DNA of 64,000 bases from the NCBI GenBank assembly GCA_043803685.1, contig JAZDJU010000123.1:14673-78672 (forward strand). Direction: 5' to 3'. Under the pieces are notes generated by a model. That model made no database searches and was not told where the DNA came from. It saw only the letters and a program-made list of their open reading frames with translations. Numbering within the stretch: position 1 is the stretch's first letter; every line of letters starts with the position of its first letter. This stretch comes from Candidatus Omnitrophota bacterium. GTDB lineage: Bacteria > Omnitrophota > Omnitrophia > Omnitrophales > Aquincolibacteriaceae. Both the position numbers and the translations under genes were made by a program. Below are positions 1 to 9,881 of this stretch, one piece after another.

Positions 1-421
1 CTACTAACGGGAATATTGAGGTCAGAAAAGCAGCTAACAGAGCTGTTGTGTCATCATAAAGAACTCTACCAATGCCATAGACGCTGAAAAGCAAAATAAA
101 CAGAAATATCGCGTTTGTTAGAAGTATCGTTAAGATCACATCCTCTTTCCCGACCCACTGCCAAATCTTCCAGGAAACAGCCTCAACAGCTTCATACAAT
201 CGCGGATGCGCCTGCCCCCAATCCAGCTCAAGAAGTTTATCAATGAAAACATCTATCCGCCCCATGGCTTTGAACAAATTGTAACCGGTAGCGATCCGAC
301 CGCTCTCATCATAGGCGTGAGCGATCTGGCTTTTTTGTAAAACATAGAAATTCATCCCAAGATGAAAACAAAAGATCACCGAGAGAATAAGATAGCTCCT
401 GAATTTTAAGGACAAGCACAC
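1..421 (-). CDS. ArnT/PMT-like (GT39) membrane glycosyltransferase, 5' part only (runs off the left edge); paralog of 850-2421
   Basis: Manual translation from GTG at 421 is open to base 1 (MCLSLKFRSYLILSVIFCFHLGMNFY...AYDESGRIA...ALLAAFLTSIFPLV). Near-identical to the N-terminus of the 850-2421 protein. AAGGAGG RBS at the start. Confidence 0.8.
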   Translation of the reverse strand, partial: MCLSLKFRSYLILSVIFCFHLGMNFYVLQKSQIAHAYDESGRIATGYNLFKAMGRIDVFIDKLLELDWGQAHPRLYEAVEAVSWKIWQWVGKEDVILTILLTNAIFLFILLFSVYGIGRVLYDDTTALLAAFLTSIFPLV

Positions 422-592
422 CTCCTTGAATCGATCCCTGCCACAGCGAAGCCTCCTGGGTTGTATGCTTTTTTTTGCGAGCCCTATAATTCAATAAGTT
501 AGGAATAACATCGACAGCACTTATGAACCATTAAGCACATTACGAGGACGGCCGCGACCGCGACAATCTCCACACAAATTACTTCGCTTGCG
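1..592. repeat. Copy 1 of a tandem duplication (offset exactly 2000 bp from 2001-2592)
   Basis: Bases 1-592 align without gaps to 2001-2592 with scattered substitutions, covering the gene 5' end and about 170 bp upstream. Confidence 0.95.
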
Positions 593-849
593 CTAGACAG
601 AACCCAATAGATGACTACTAAATGAAAAAAGAAAATCCCTGACAACATCAAGAAAATATTTCTTTCGACTCATTAATAAATGATTACTCATTGTTTTAGC
701 GAGCTAAACCTTTCTGAAAATCAACCCTATCAATTAGTCCGTTTTTGGAGCTGGGATCCAACCCTGAGGTCCTCGACCTTCTGATTTAAAGTGTGAGTAA
801 AAGCCTTCAAGCGCATGGGGTGTCGCAAGGAAGCTGGGATGATAAACAC

Positions 850-2421
850 TTATTTGATTTTTCTATACACATCAACACGCCTATGGGCGTCCACGGGAAC
901 CTGGGCTATCCTGACAAAACTCGGCCGATGCAGATCAAAACCAGCGATCCACTGTTGAGACAAATCATTCACCGGCCACGCATAGGACATTCTTTCATCA
1001 TCACCATTCTTCATATCAAGCACATAGTCATAGTGCAAAATCCTTAACGGAAATGCGTTTTTATTTTCTTCAGCGAGAATAGCGTCATCCCAAGCCAAAG
1101 GAGACTCTACAAAAAAAGGCAACACATTAAACCTAAACTTCAATCCCAATTCATCCTGTATCGTGTTATTAAACAACGCAACAACCCTCCCAACATCGCG
1201 CATGGAAAAAGGACCCGTTTCTCTTCTAAAAACCTCCGTTAATGCGGCCGCGACAGACACATTGCTATCTCGCTGGGGCGCCAAGATACCCCGTTCAAAC
1301 ACAGGCAGATCCCGACGCGAACAGAACCCCAAGTAATACGTCGCATATTGTACCAGCGCCAAACAAACCAACGATACCGTCATGATTCGCCGGTAAACCT
1401 GCCCCTTCAAACTTCTCAACTCATATGCCAATATCAAAGCAAAAGCAGGAGCAACAGGCATCACAAAGCGCAAGGTCTTGTTGCTGGAAAAAGAAAAAAA
1501 CAGTAACGGCGCAACCAACCAAGATAAAACGAAAAAATTCACCTGCCGGTAACAAGCAAAATATCGAGTCAAAAAGGGAACGCTAAAAACAGCCACAACA
1601 GGTCCGATCAAGTGCGGAAATTTTACGAAATAATAAAAAATCCCCGGGGAATTTCTCATTCCCGTCTTGATCGCATATGTGGCATATGCATGAAAATTTT
1701 CGGGGCGCAGATACACCACAGAAACCAACAGAAAAAAGCATGTCAACATCACGAAGGAATTAACAATCACTCGATGTTTGCATGGGCTATTCCGAAAAGA
1801 TTGAAACAGATAACAGGCCACCGGCGCTGCAAGAAAAAAAATGGCTGTTTCTTTGGTGAGTTCCGCCAAGGCGAAAAACACCCCGCACAACGCGCTATAT
1901 AAAACAGAAGAAAACTGCCTTGTTTTAAGCAAAAAAAGCAATCCGAGACTCACCATACTCATCAAGGGAAAATCCAGCATAGCTATTCTGGAATGACCGA
2001 CTACTAACGGGAATATTGATGTCAGAAAAGCGGCTAACAGAGCGGTTGTGTCATCATAAAGAACTCTACCAATGCCATAGACGCTGAAAAGCAAAATGAA
2101 CAGAAATATCGTGTTTGTTAGAAGTATCGTTAAGATCACATCCTCTTTCCCGACCCACTGCCAGACCTTCCAGGAAACGGCCTCAACAGCTTCACGCAGT
2201 CGTGGATGCGCCTGCCCCTTATCCAATCCAAGCAATGTTGGAACAAATAGATCGTTTTGTCCGATTTCTTTGAACAACCTATATCCCATGGCTATCCTGG
2301 CGCTTTCATCATAGGCGTGAGCGATCTGGCTTTGTTGTAAAACATAAAAATTCATCCCGAGATGAAAACAAAAAATCACCGAAAGGATCAAATAACTCCG
2401 GAATTTTAAGAACAAGCACAC
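850..2421 (-). CDS. ArnT/PMT-like (GT39, PMT_2) membrane glycosyltransferase
   Basis: 523 aa, many TM helices, early 'YDES' acidic motif, 'SRIAMLDFP', 'LTKETAIFF', 'KTLRFVMP'. The true start may be TTG at 2415, given RBS spacing. Confidence 0.8.
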   Translation of the reverse strand: MCLFLKFRSYLILSVIFCFHLGMNFYVLQQSQIAHAYDESARIAMGYRLFKEIGQNDLFVPTLLGLDKGQAHPRLREAVEAVSWKVWQWVGKEDVILTILLTNTIFLFILLFSVYGIGRVLYDDTTALLAAFLTSIFPLVVGHSRIAMLDFPLMSMVSLGLLFLLKTRQFSSVLYSALCGVFFALAELTKETAIFFLAAPVACYLFQSFRNSPCKHRVIVNSFVMLTCFFLLVSVVYLRPENFHAYATYAIKTGMRNSPGIFYYFVKFPHLIGPVVAVFSVPFLTRYFACYRQVNFFVLSWLVAPLLFFSFSSNKTLRFVMPVAPAFALILAYELRSLKGQVYRRIMTVSLVCLALVQYATYYLGFCSRRDLPVFERGILAPQRDSNVSVAAALTEVFRRETGPFSMRDVGRVVALFNNTIQDELGLKFRFNVLPFFVESPLAWDDAILAEENKNAFPLRILHYDYVLDMKNGDDERMSYAWPVNDLSQQWIAGFDLHRPSFVRIAQVPVDAHRRVDVYRKIK

Positions 2422-2646
2422 CTCCTTGAATCGATCCCTGCCTCAGCGAAGCCTCTTGGGTTGTATGCCGCTTTTGGGGAGACCTTGTAATCAATAAGTT
2501 AGAAATAACATCGACAGCATTGATGAACCATTAAGCACATTACGAGGACGGCCGCGACCGCGACAATCTCCGCACAGATTGCTTCGTTTCGCCTGTCGTT
2601 AATTCGTCAGAGCTTTTGCCGTTTTTATGATATAAAGGACATTCTT

Positions 2647-3486
2647 ATGGCCCGTCGCAAATTCTTTAAATTCAAACTAACGAATAAGCAGAAAAGAAGG
2701 CTCGTGTCTTTTCTGGCCGTGGGGCTTTGCGCGTGGATCGGCTATTGGCTTTTCTTTCATCCCACCCGCCAGGCCGAACACAAACCTTCTCAAAAGGTCT
2801 CTCATCGCCACGCCAGCCGCCCCAAGATCGTTTTCGTGATCGATGACGTCGGCAATCACAACCGTTGCGACGCCCAGATCAAAGCGCTAGGCGACAAAAT
2901 CACTTACGCCATTTTGCCATTACTGCCCTACTCCCGTTACTACGGGAATCTGAGCCAACGGACAGGCGCGGAAGTCATCCTCCATCTCCCCCTCGACACG
3001 ATGCAGGACAAGGTCCCGGGACGCGGTCTTATTGTTGATACCATGAGCCCCGAAGACATCCTCGACATGCTTTCCCGCGACCTCGACTCGGTGCCCCATC
3101 ACGTCGGCGTGAACAACCACATGGGTTCACGCGGCACCGCGAGCCGGGAGATGATGACCATTATCTTGAAGGAATTAAAACGTCGGGGACTTTTCTTTCT
3201 GGACAGCTACACGACTTCGGAATCCGTGGTCCCTTCGGTGGGACGAGCCATTGGACTTCCGATCCTGGCGCGTGGTGTTTTTCTGGACAACGAAGATTCA
3301 AAACCTGCCATCCTCACTCAACTCAACCAACTGAGAAACGTCGCGCGCGAGAAAGGTAACGCCATCGCCATCGGCCATTACCGCGCGAATACGCTTGAAG
3401 TCCTGGCCAAAGAGATCCCCCGTTTTGAAAAAGAGGGTTTTGAGATCATCACGCTGAAGAAAATGCTGAAAGTTCAGCAGGACTGA
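2647..3486 (+). CDS. Divergent polysaccharide deacetylase family protein (YibQ-like), N-terminal membrane anchor
   Basis: Motifs VIDDVG, LHLPLD, GVNNHMGS, FLDSYT, RGVFLDN, AIAIGH. Confidence 0.9.
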   Translation: MARRKFFKFKLTNKQKRRLVSFLAVGLCAWIGYWLFFHPTRQAEHKPSQKVSHRHASRPKIVFVIDDVGNHNRCDAQIKALGDKITYAILPLLPYSRYYGNLSQRTGAEVILHLPLDTMQDKVPGRGLIVDTMSPEDILDMLSRDLDSVPHHVGVNNHMGSRGTASREMMTIILKELKRRGLFFLDSYTTSESVVPSVGRAIGLPILARGVFLDNEDSKPAILTQLNQLRNVAREKGNAIAIGHYRANTLEVLAKEIPRFEKEGFEIITLKKMLKVQQD

Positions 3487-5096
3487 ACCACTTTAGCGCG
3501 GAAAGTTTCGTGGTGCAGGCCGGTCAATTCCAACCGGACGAATTGTCCCGCGTAGTCCTTACCCGCTTCAAAGATCACCCGCCGGTCCTGGTCCAGACGT
3601 CCCACCTGCTCCTTGGGATTATCGCCAATACGCCCTTCCACAAAAACCGTGCGCTCTTTGCCGAGCATCGCACGGCTGTTCTCATCCGTGATCTTTTTCT
3701 GGACCGCCAGAAGCTCCTGATTTCTGAGGGACTTGATACCCGCGGGCACGTCATCCGGAAGTTGGGCCGCCGGAGTTCCGGGCCGCACGGAGTACTTGTA
3801 GATAAAAGCACCGTCGAACCGTATCTCCTCAAGCGCTCGCCGTGTCGCGAGGTGATCGTCTTCCGTCTCTCCCGAGAAACCGACAATGATGTCGGTCGTG
3901 ATCGAGATCTCGGGCACAAGTTCCCGGAGCCGGTCGATCTTCGCCTTGAAATCCGCGTAAGTGTGGAGCCTTTTCATCCGTTTGAGCATACGGTCGGAGC
4001 CCGACTGCAAGGGCAAATGAAAACGCCGGCCGATCTTGGGATTCTTCGCGACCACCTGAAAAAGCTCCTCCGTCGCGTCCTGCGGGTGCGACGTCGTGAA
4101 CGAGAGACGCTCCAGCCCCTCTATTCCACAGAGAGTCTCTAATAACTTGGGAAAAACACTTTCAGTTTGGAGTTCGGAGTTTGGAGTTCGGAGAACCCCT
4201 TTTTTTGTCTCCAGACTCCCAACTCCCGGCTCCGAACTTACGTAGCTATTCACATTCTGTCCCAGGAGCGTGATCCACTTGACACCGTCCGCGACAAGGC
4301 GCTCAGCCTCTCGATAGACCTTCTTGGCCGGCATCGAAACTTCGCTTCCCCGCGTCAGAGGCACAATGCAGAACGTGCAGGCTTTGTTACAACCGGTCAT
4401 GATGGGAAGCCAGGCGTGGAAACCGCTCGCGCGTTTGGTGTATTCACTATACTCGATCGAGATACCGTCTTGCTTGATACGGGCGATCCTCGTAGCGGGT
4501 TTTCCCTGGACCCGCACGCTGTCGTCCTCGCGCAAGGATGCAAGGGTAGCCTGCTTGCGGGTCTCGTACACCTGACGGATCATTTCCGGAAGTTCCTTCA
4601 CGTGGCGCGTCCCGACCATCAAATCCAGGTACGGGAACCTCTTGAAAAGTTTTTCCCGGTGTTCCTCGACCATGCAACCCATGAGACCGATGACAAGCTC
4701 CGGCCGCTCCTTCTTTTCGACACCCAGCATTCCGAGCCGTCCCCAAACGCGCTCCTCGGCGTGGTCCCGCACCGAGCAGGTGTTCATAAGGACAATATCG
4801 GGTCGTAGCGGTTTGTCCAAAACCTCACGACCCGTACTTGGCTCACTGAGAGACAAGCGCGGCTGTAGAGATCCATCCGACACCTCACATCCGGGGCCGG
4901 GCTCGTTGGCCAACACATTCGCCGGCCGTTTTTTGGTCCAGACGTCCGTGTCGTCGTTGTCGAGGATTACCTCAAACCCAGCCTTTTCCAGTATCCCCGC
5001 CGCCACCTGAGAGTCGTAGGTGTTCATCTGACATCCGAAGGTCTTCAATAATATTTTCTTCACTTTGATCCAGGATGTTTTCAGTCCTGGCCTCAT
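3474..5096 (-). CDS. miaB: tRNA-2-methylthio-N6-dimethylallyladenosine synthase MiaB, with three in-frame insertions
   Basis: KTFGCQMN, NTCSVR, GCNKACTFC, FTTSHP, HLPLQSGS, TDIIVGF, YSVRPGT and a C-terminal TRAM domain. Start may be GTG at 5063. Confidence 0.93.
   Translation of the reverse strand: MRPGLKTSWIKVKKILLKTFGCQMNTYDSQVAAGILEKAGFEVILDNDDTDVWTKKRPANVLANEPGPGCEVSDGSLQPRLSLSEPSTGREVLDKPLRPDIVLMNTCSVRDHAEERVWGRLGMLGVEKKERPELVIGLMGCMVEEHREKLFKRFPYLDLMVGTRHVKELPEMIRQVYETRKQATLASLREDDSVRVQGKPATRIARIKQDGISIEYSEYTKRASGFHAWLPIMTGCNKACTFCIVPLTRGSEVSMPAKKVYREAERLVADGVKWITLLGQNVNSYVSSEPGVGSLETKKGVLRTPNSELQTESVFPKLLETLCGIEGLERLSFTTSHPQDATEELFQVVAKNPKIGRRFHLPLQSGSDRMLKRMKRLHTYADFKAKIDRLRELVPEISITTDIIVGFSGETEDDHLATRRALEEIRFDGAFIYKYSVRPGTPAAQLPDDVPAGIKSLRNQELLAVQKKITDENSRAMLGKERTVFVEGRIGDNPKEQVGRLDQDRRVIFEAGKDYAGQFVRLELTGLHHETFRAKVVQSC
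4164..4238. repeat. Heptamer-periodic hairpin element inserted in-frame in miaB
   Basis: (ggagtt[c/t])n arm ... (ctcc-act-like)n arm; translates as SSEPGVGSLETKKGVLRTPNSELQT directly after GQNVNSY. Confidence 0.75.
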
Positions 5097-5164
5097 CTAA
5101 AAAGTCGCTACCGTTCCCTTTTAAAGACATTCGAAAAGGTCGTAGAGTTTTTTTCTGACCATCC

Positions 5165-6394
5165 TCAGCGACCGCTCTTATATTCCCTAAAATGCCGATA
5201 CGGCGCAACCAGAAACCGGTAAAGTTGAACGAGCCACGTCCAAGATATAAATTTCATCTTCAAGAAAAAAATAACGAACCTTAAACGCACGCCAAATCCA
5301 ATATCTTTCTTGAAGAAAGGCAGCATTTCGACGTATTGTAAATTATTGTTATTCGCCTCGATCAACAGACGGACAAGATGTTCTTTTTTACGAAGACGAT
5401 AATCATCAACATCAAACACTTCTCGATATTTTTCCAAACACCCCAAAAGGTCTAGCGACAAAAGAGTTCGTGAACATTTTTCGCAACGCCCACAATTTTT
5501 TGAGGACTTATAACACACGTTCAAATACCGATACGATGGCGCGTACTCAACAATTTCCCGGGTCTTTTCAAGCCTCGTGAGCGCTGCGCCTTCTGAATAG
5601 ATCTTTAGGGTAGTTGTGGAGAACGTATCAAGCAACAAAAGATCATAGTAAGATGTGTCCTTATTTTCATTCTCTTCGAGTGAGAATTCTAAAAATGTAT
5701 GACACGACGCGTAAAAATACGTGCGCCACAACTTCTGAAGCGCGTAAACGGCAAAGCACTGCGCGTAGGTGTTTCTGAAGAGATGCCTTTGGGGGAAAAT
5801 ATCCGCGAAGTTTGAATCTGATACGACCAAATTGTACCCAGCCTCCTGGCAAAAACGCTCTATTCTTTTCCTGTGCTCCAAGAAAAAATCCTTTGGATCA
5901 GGCACGGGGTGCGGTGCGAGATGAGGCATGATGTGGTGAGAACCCATATTAGTAAATGCGAGATGGGTTAAATTCAGATTTTCATAAGGTGATCTTGTCT
6001 GGCGTACGACAACATGAAGACTGTCGATGCCGCACGAAATACCCGCACCCACCGCGCCGGCATTTTGAATTTTTTCGGGATTCGCTTCTGCAATGATCTT
6101 CGACGCATACAAAACATGACTTCCCTTGACGACAGAAGGGATCAAATAAGTTCTGATTTGATAGAGCAACTCTTCGCTTACAGGGGCTTCGCACGCGATA
6201 TCATGTTTTTCGCGCATCGCCCAGCTAAGTAGCCCTATGAGAAATCCGTCTGAGCGTTCATAGCAAAGATAGGGACCGAACCTTTCTTCAACCTCGAACC
6301 AAACGGTCCGAACATTGTTCTCCACAACAATATCCGCCAAAAGCCTCGCCCTACCGTTTTGAACGGTAACAACAGGACGCTTAATCGTTATCAT
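5165..6394 (-). CDS. Hypothetical protein with PP-loop-like (adenine nucleotide alpha-hydrolase) motif and a Cys cluster
   Basis: 409 aa; SCGIDS (SGGxDS-like) and LNVC...NCGRCEKCSRT; visibly AT-richer than miaB. Confidence 0.6.
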   Translation of the reverse strand: MITIKRPVVTVQNGRARLLADIVVENNVRTVWFEVEERFGPYLCYERSDGFLIGLLSWAMREKHDIACEAPVSEELLYQIRTYLIPSVVKGSHVLYASKIIAEANPEKIQNAGAVGAGISCGIDSLHVVVRQTRSPYENLNLTHLAFTNMGSHHIMPHLAPHPVPDPKDFFLEHRKRIERFCQEAGYNLVVSDSNFADIFPQRHLFRNTYAQCFAVYALQKLWRTYFYASCHTFLEFSLEENENKDTSYYDLLLLDTFSTTTLKIYSEGAALTRLEKTREIVEYAPSYRYLNVCYKSSKNCGRCEKCSRTLLSLDLLGCLEKYREVFDVDDYRLRKKEHLVRLLIEANNNNLQYVEMLPFFKKDIGFGVRLRFVIFFLKMKFISWTWLVQLYRFLVAPYRHFREYKSGR

Positions 6395-6420
6395 GTTTAT
6401 GATCTCCCTGATCGCGCGCG

Positions 6421-6575
6421 CTACTCATCATGCGCCCTAGCCGCCATCGCGCAGCCCAAAGTCATCCCTAGTATTTTCATCACTTTGATCCAGGACTTTT
6501 GCAGCACTGACCTCCTAGAAACATTGAGAAAAAGTCCGGACATCCGAATATCATAAATACAATTTTTTGTCTCAT
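6421..6575 (-). pseudogene. Decayed copies of the miaB 5' region
   Basis: 6472-6495 matches 5052-5075 at 23/24 nt and reads SWIKVMKILGMTLGCAM (miaB: SWIKVKKILLKTFGCQM). 6536-6575 reads MRQKIVFMIFGCP. Confidence 0.7.
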
Positions 6576-6720
6576 GGGAATTTTCTCAATCCCTGATTTA
6601 GGTTGGAAGGTATTATTTCATACACTATGGTCAGCCAAACAATCTGAGGACAAAGTGACCGTTCTCACCCTCGCGACAACCGCTCTGCTTAACTTAAGGG
6701 GTGACCGAGACCATCGGGCA

Positions 6721-7710
6721 CTATGAAGGAGGCAGGTTCTTTTTCAGCTCTTCCAGAAAAACAGGGTCTACGATAGCGCCAAGCTCCTGGGCTTTCTGGA
6801 CTTCAGCCCATGCCCGGTCATACTCTTTGCGAGCGGCACAAACCTTGGCACGTACTGCGTATGCATCCCCAAAAACCGGATCGATCTGAAAGGCGCGGTC
6901 GCAGTCAATCTCGGCCCGGGCGATATCACCCTTTTTCAGATAACATGTAGCTCGTTGGATTAATGCCCATTTCAATGGCGACTTGGCCTGTGCCAACGCA
7001 ATGACCTTCGAAAAATCGCTGATCGCGCTATCGTAGTCCCCCTTGGCATTATAAGCTGCTCCTCGTTCACTATAAGCACCAGACGAATGAGGATTGAACG
7101 CTATAGCCTTCTCGCAATCAACGATCGTCTCATCAGGCCGACCCAGTTTTCGCAAAACTCTTGCACGCAGAACCCAACCAGACGCACTAGAAGGCGCAAG
7201 CCTTACCGCCTCATTAGCATCCTTCAGGGCCTCCAAATACACCGCCTTTGGGTCTTCGTTTTTCGTGCCCCCCATCAACCGAGCCCTGCCTCTCCCATCA
7301 TACGCATTTGTATTTTGGGGATCATATCGGATCGCGTCGTCAAAAAATTTGATAGCTCTGTCAGATTCACCCTTTAAGAGGGCTGTATTTCCTAACATGC
7401 AACATGCGTCCGTCGACGTGCACACATTGCTTGTTTGGCCATCCACACTCGCTTGCTCCGCTTGTTTTTGGGCCGGAATGGGGTTCGAGAGCTCCGCTTT
7501 AACAATTCTTACGATTTCGCCGGCAGGATGCACCTTCAACACACCGTTAGTATACAAAACAACATAGTCTAGAGTTTTTTCAACAATTCGACCTTCCTCT
7601 TCCTGACCCGATTTCAAAAAGACCTTATCGGCGGAGCATTCCAAGGGCCGCGCAAAAAAACACAGCAACACCACCGCCGCAATCTTCCCAAATCTCCTGT
7701 TGAAGATCAT
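6721..7710 (-). CDS. Secreted tetratricopeptide-repeat protein
   Basis: ATG at 7710 follows AAGGAGG; signal peptide ending ...LECSA|DKVFLKSGQ; about six TPR units. Confidence 0.85.
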   Translation of the reverse strand: MIFNRRFGKIAAVVLLCFFARPLECSADKVFLKSGQEEEGRIVEKTLDYVVLYTNGVLKVHPAGEIVRIVKAELSNPIPAQKQAEQASVDGQTSNVCTSTDACCMLGNTALLKGESDRAIKFFDDAIRYDPQNTNAYDGRGRARLMGGTKNEDPKAVYLEALKDANEAVRLAPSSASGWVLRARVLRKLGRPDETIVDCEKAIAFNPHSSGAYSERGAAYNAKGDYDSAISDFSKVIALAQAKSPLKWALIQRATCYLKKGDIARAEIDCDRAFQIDPVFGDAYAVRAKVCAARKEYDRAWAEVQKAQELGAIVDPVFLEELKKNLPPS

Positions 7711-8152
7711 TGGAACCTCCTTGATTTCTTCTGCCATGATTGACTCCCCTGCGCTATCAACCAGCATTCCGCCCTGTTTTCTTTGACAACAGCTCAAATT
7801 CTGCTTATCATCGATTCGTCCAAAAGATCACGAACACCATACACTTAAAGGATCCAATATTTCATCGCATCATTATCAGAATGCTCAGCCTCATTGTCAA
7901 TCTTTATACACGCAACCGATGAAATAGCACCCAACAGGCTTTTTCAAATGCTTCCACCTCGACACAATACGAAATATCGATCTTGTTCCCGCATTGCTTG
8001 CGGTTTTTCGCTCCCGCCCCAATTAACGCGCTACATAAAGCGCGGAGTATCAACCGAAAAACAACCCCCGAAGCTCATCGCAAAAACATTCTTCAAGGTT
8101 TTAGCGTAATGGCTTTCTTCATAAAAACTCACCTCACTTTAGCCGGGGTGGG

Positions 8153-8419
8153 ATGATGCGCTTTGTTTTAGGTATCGCTGCCTACCAGTTCGATCCCGCC
8201 GCCTCGCTCGTGTGCAACGGAGAACTTGTGGCCGTATGCGAAGAAGAAAAACAGCTTCAAGACAGGCGAGCGCAGGCGTTCCCTGCTCGCTCCATTCGCG
8301 CATGTCTTGCAATGCGCGGTCTTTCACCACATGACATCGATGCGTTCGTCATCAATCACGATCCGCGCACGACCTTCAGCACATTCTATATCATGGATTC
8401 GTATGTGGCCTTTCAATAA
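8153..8419 (+). pseudogene. Truncated N-terminal fragment of a NodU/CmcH-type carbamoyltransferase
   Basis: VLGIAAYQFDPAASLVCNGELVAVCEEEK...FPARSIRACL resembles the family N-terminus (ILGISAYYHDSAAAL..DG..VAA.QEER...FP..AI.YCL). Only 88 aa, and the HD motif is altered to FD. Confidence 0.7.
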
Positions 8420-9881
8420 ACATTCAAGCACGTTCCTCTCCAACGCCACAGGCAACCTCCTTTCATCGATCCTTGCCAAAGCCCTGATCCTGGCGGCTCT
8501 TTTCGTATCAGCCAGGGTCCTCGGTCCCGCCCAATATGGCGTATGGGCCATGTGTTCGCTCATCATCTATTGGAGTGTTTTTATCAACCTTGGGACCCAT
8601 GCGATCATGCTGCAGGAGATCGCCGCGCATCCTGGAGACACAGACCGGCACTATGCTGAAGGAGTAAGAAACAAAACCCTCACGCTAACGCTCCTACTCA
8701 TTGGAATCAGCATCGCGGCTTTGTACGCGATCTTGCTAACATCCGCTGGCGCACGCAGCCCCGGAGTGCGCTTGAACGTACACGGCGTTGCGGCCATTAT
8801 CGTTCTCCTGCAACTCTTTCTCTATCTCCTCAGTTACTGGTCGGGGATGCACCTCTTTAGGGCTGTCAGCGCCTTACGCTCGCTCTACGCGGGGATCACA
8901 TGCGCTTGCATTTTGGTCATGGTTTTTTCCTGGGGGATCCAGGCACTGATATGGGGAACCTTGTGCGGATACCTGTACGCCATCGTATCTGTTTTTCTGA
9001 GATACCCGTTCAAAGTACGACTGGAGATCGATATCGCGTTCTTTAAATGGATACTCAAAGCAGGATTTCCTTTCCTGTGCATCGGGATCGCACGCGTATC
9101 CCTGCATACTATGGACCGCGCTTTCGTATACACCCACATGGGCATGCGGGCCATGGGATGGTACAGCCTTGCCTACGCCGTTTCCGACCTATTATTGATC
9201 ATCTCCTTCGCGGTCACGCAGGTCCTTTACGCTAAAATGGTGACGGAATATCGCGCGAAAAAGAACGCGGAACAGGTCCAACAATTATTCTTTTCATCGA
9301 TCGATCTTTGCTTCTCCGGGATGACCCTTTTATTCGTATGGGTCTGGTACTTTGCACCGATCCTGCTTCCCCGTCTCCTGCCACAGTATGTCGAAGGGTT
9401 GCTCCCCTCCATCCTGCTCAGCCAGGCGGCTATTTTTCTCTCTCTCACGGTGCTCTGCGGGAATTTTCTTCTCGCCATAGGCCATCCCCGCCGGTACCTT
9501 GCGGTTCTGATCCTGGGATGCCTGCTCAAAGTAGCGCTTGTGGAATCCGTGCTTCGCCACGGAGGCGGGCTGACCGAAGTTGCCATTGTCAATCTTGCGG
9601 TGTATGCGATCTTATTCCTGGCAGCATGGCACCTATGCGGCATGAACAAGGGAAGCGTTCAAGGCAGACTGAGGACCCATGTTCTCTTTCCTTTCGGATT
9701 GTGCCTCGCAACCGCAGGCCTTTACCTTCTCGACTATCTCCCCTGCTGTATCGCCGTAACGAAAATTTGCTGCATGATACTGTTTTCTTCGGTATTGTTG
9801 TGGCGGGTGCGCGCCGGATTGAAAAAAGTGAACCTGAAAGCGAATGAAAGTTACGCCTATGAAACGTGTACTGATACTTGA
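8403..9881 (+). CDS. Wzx-type oligosaccharide flippase
   Basis: About 12-14 TM helices; ARVLGPAQYG, MDRAFV...MGWYSLAY. Start reassigned to ATG 8403 (MWPFNK). Confidence 0.85.
   Translation: MWPFNKHSSTFLSNATGNLLSSILAKALILAALFVSARVLGPAQYGVWAMCSLIIYWSVFINLGTHAIMLQEIAAHPGDTDRHYAEGVRNKTLTLTLLLIGISIAALYAILLTSAGARSPGVRLNVHGVAAIIVLLQLFLYLLSYWSGMHLFRAVSALRSLYAGITCACILVMVFSWGIQALIWGTLCGYLYAIVSVFLRYPFKVRLEIDIAFFKWILKAGFPFLCIGIARVSLHTMDRAFVYTHMGMRAMGWYSLAYAVSDLLLIISFAVTQVLYAKMVTEYRAKKNAEQVQQLFFSSIDLCFSGMTLLFVWVWYFAPILLPRLLPQYVEGLLPSILLSQAAIFLSLTVLCGNFLLAIGHPRRYLAVLILGCLLKVALVESVLRHGGGLTEVAIVNLAVYAILFLAAWHLCGMNKGSVQGRLRTHVLFPFGLCLATAGLYLLDYLPCCIAVTKICCMILFSSVLLWRVRAGLKKVNLKANESYAYETCTDT

Noticed and set aside
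1..2592. Exact 2000-bp offset repeat as an assembly or windowing artefact
   Set aside because: The copies differ by many substitutions that keep the frame open and cluster in one loop, as expected for real paralogs.
8226..8402. N-terminal extension of the flippase given in the ORF track
   Set aside because: Overlaps the carbamoyltransferase-like frame; flippase-like sequence starts at ATG 8403.
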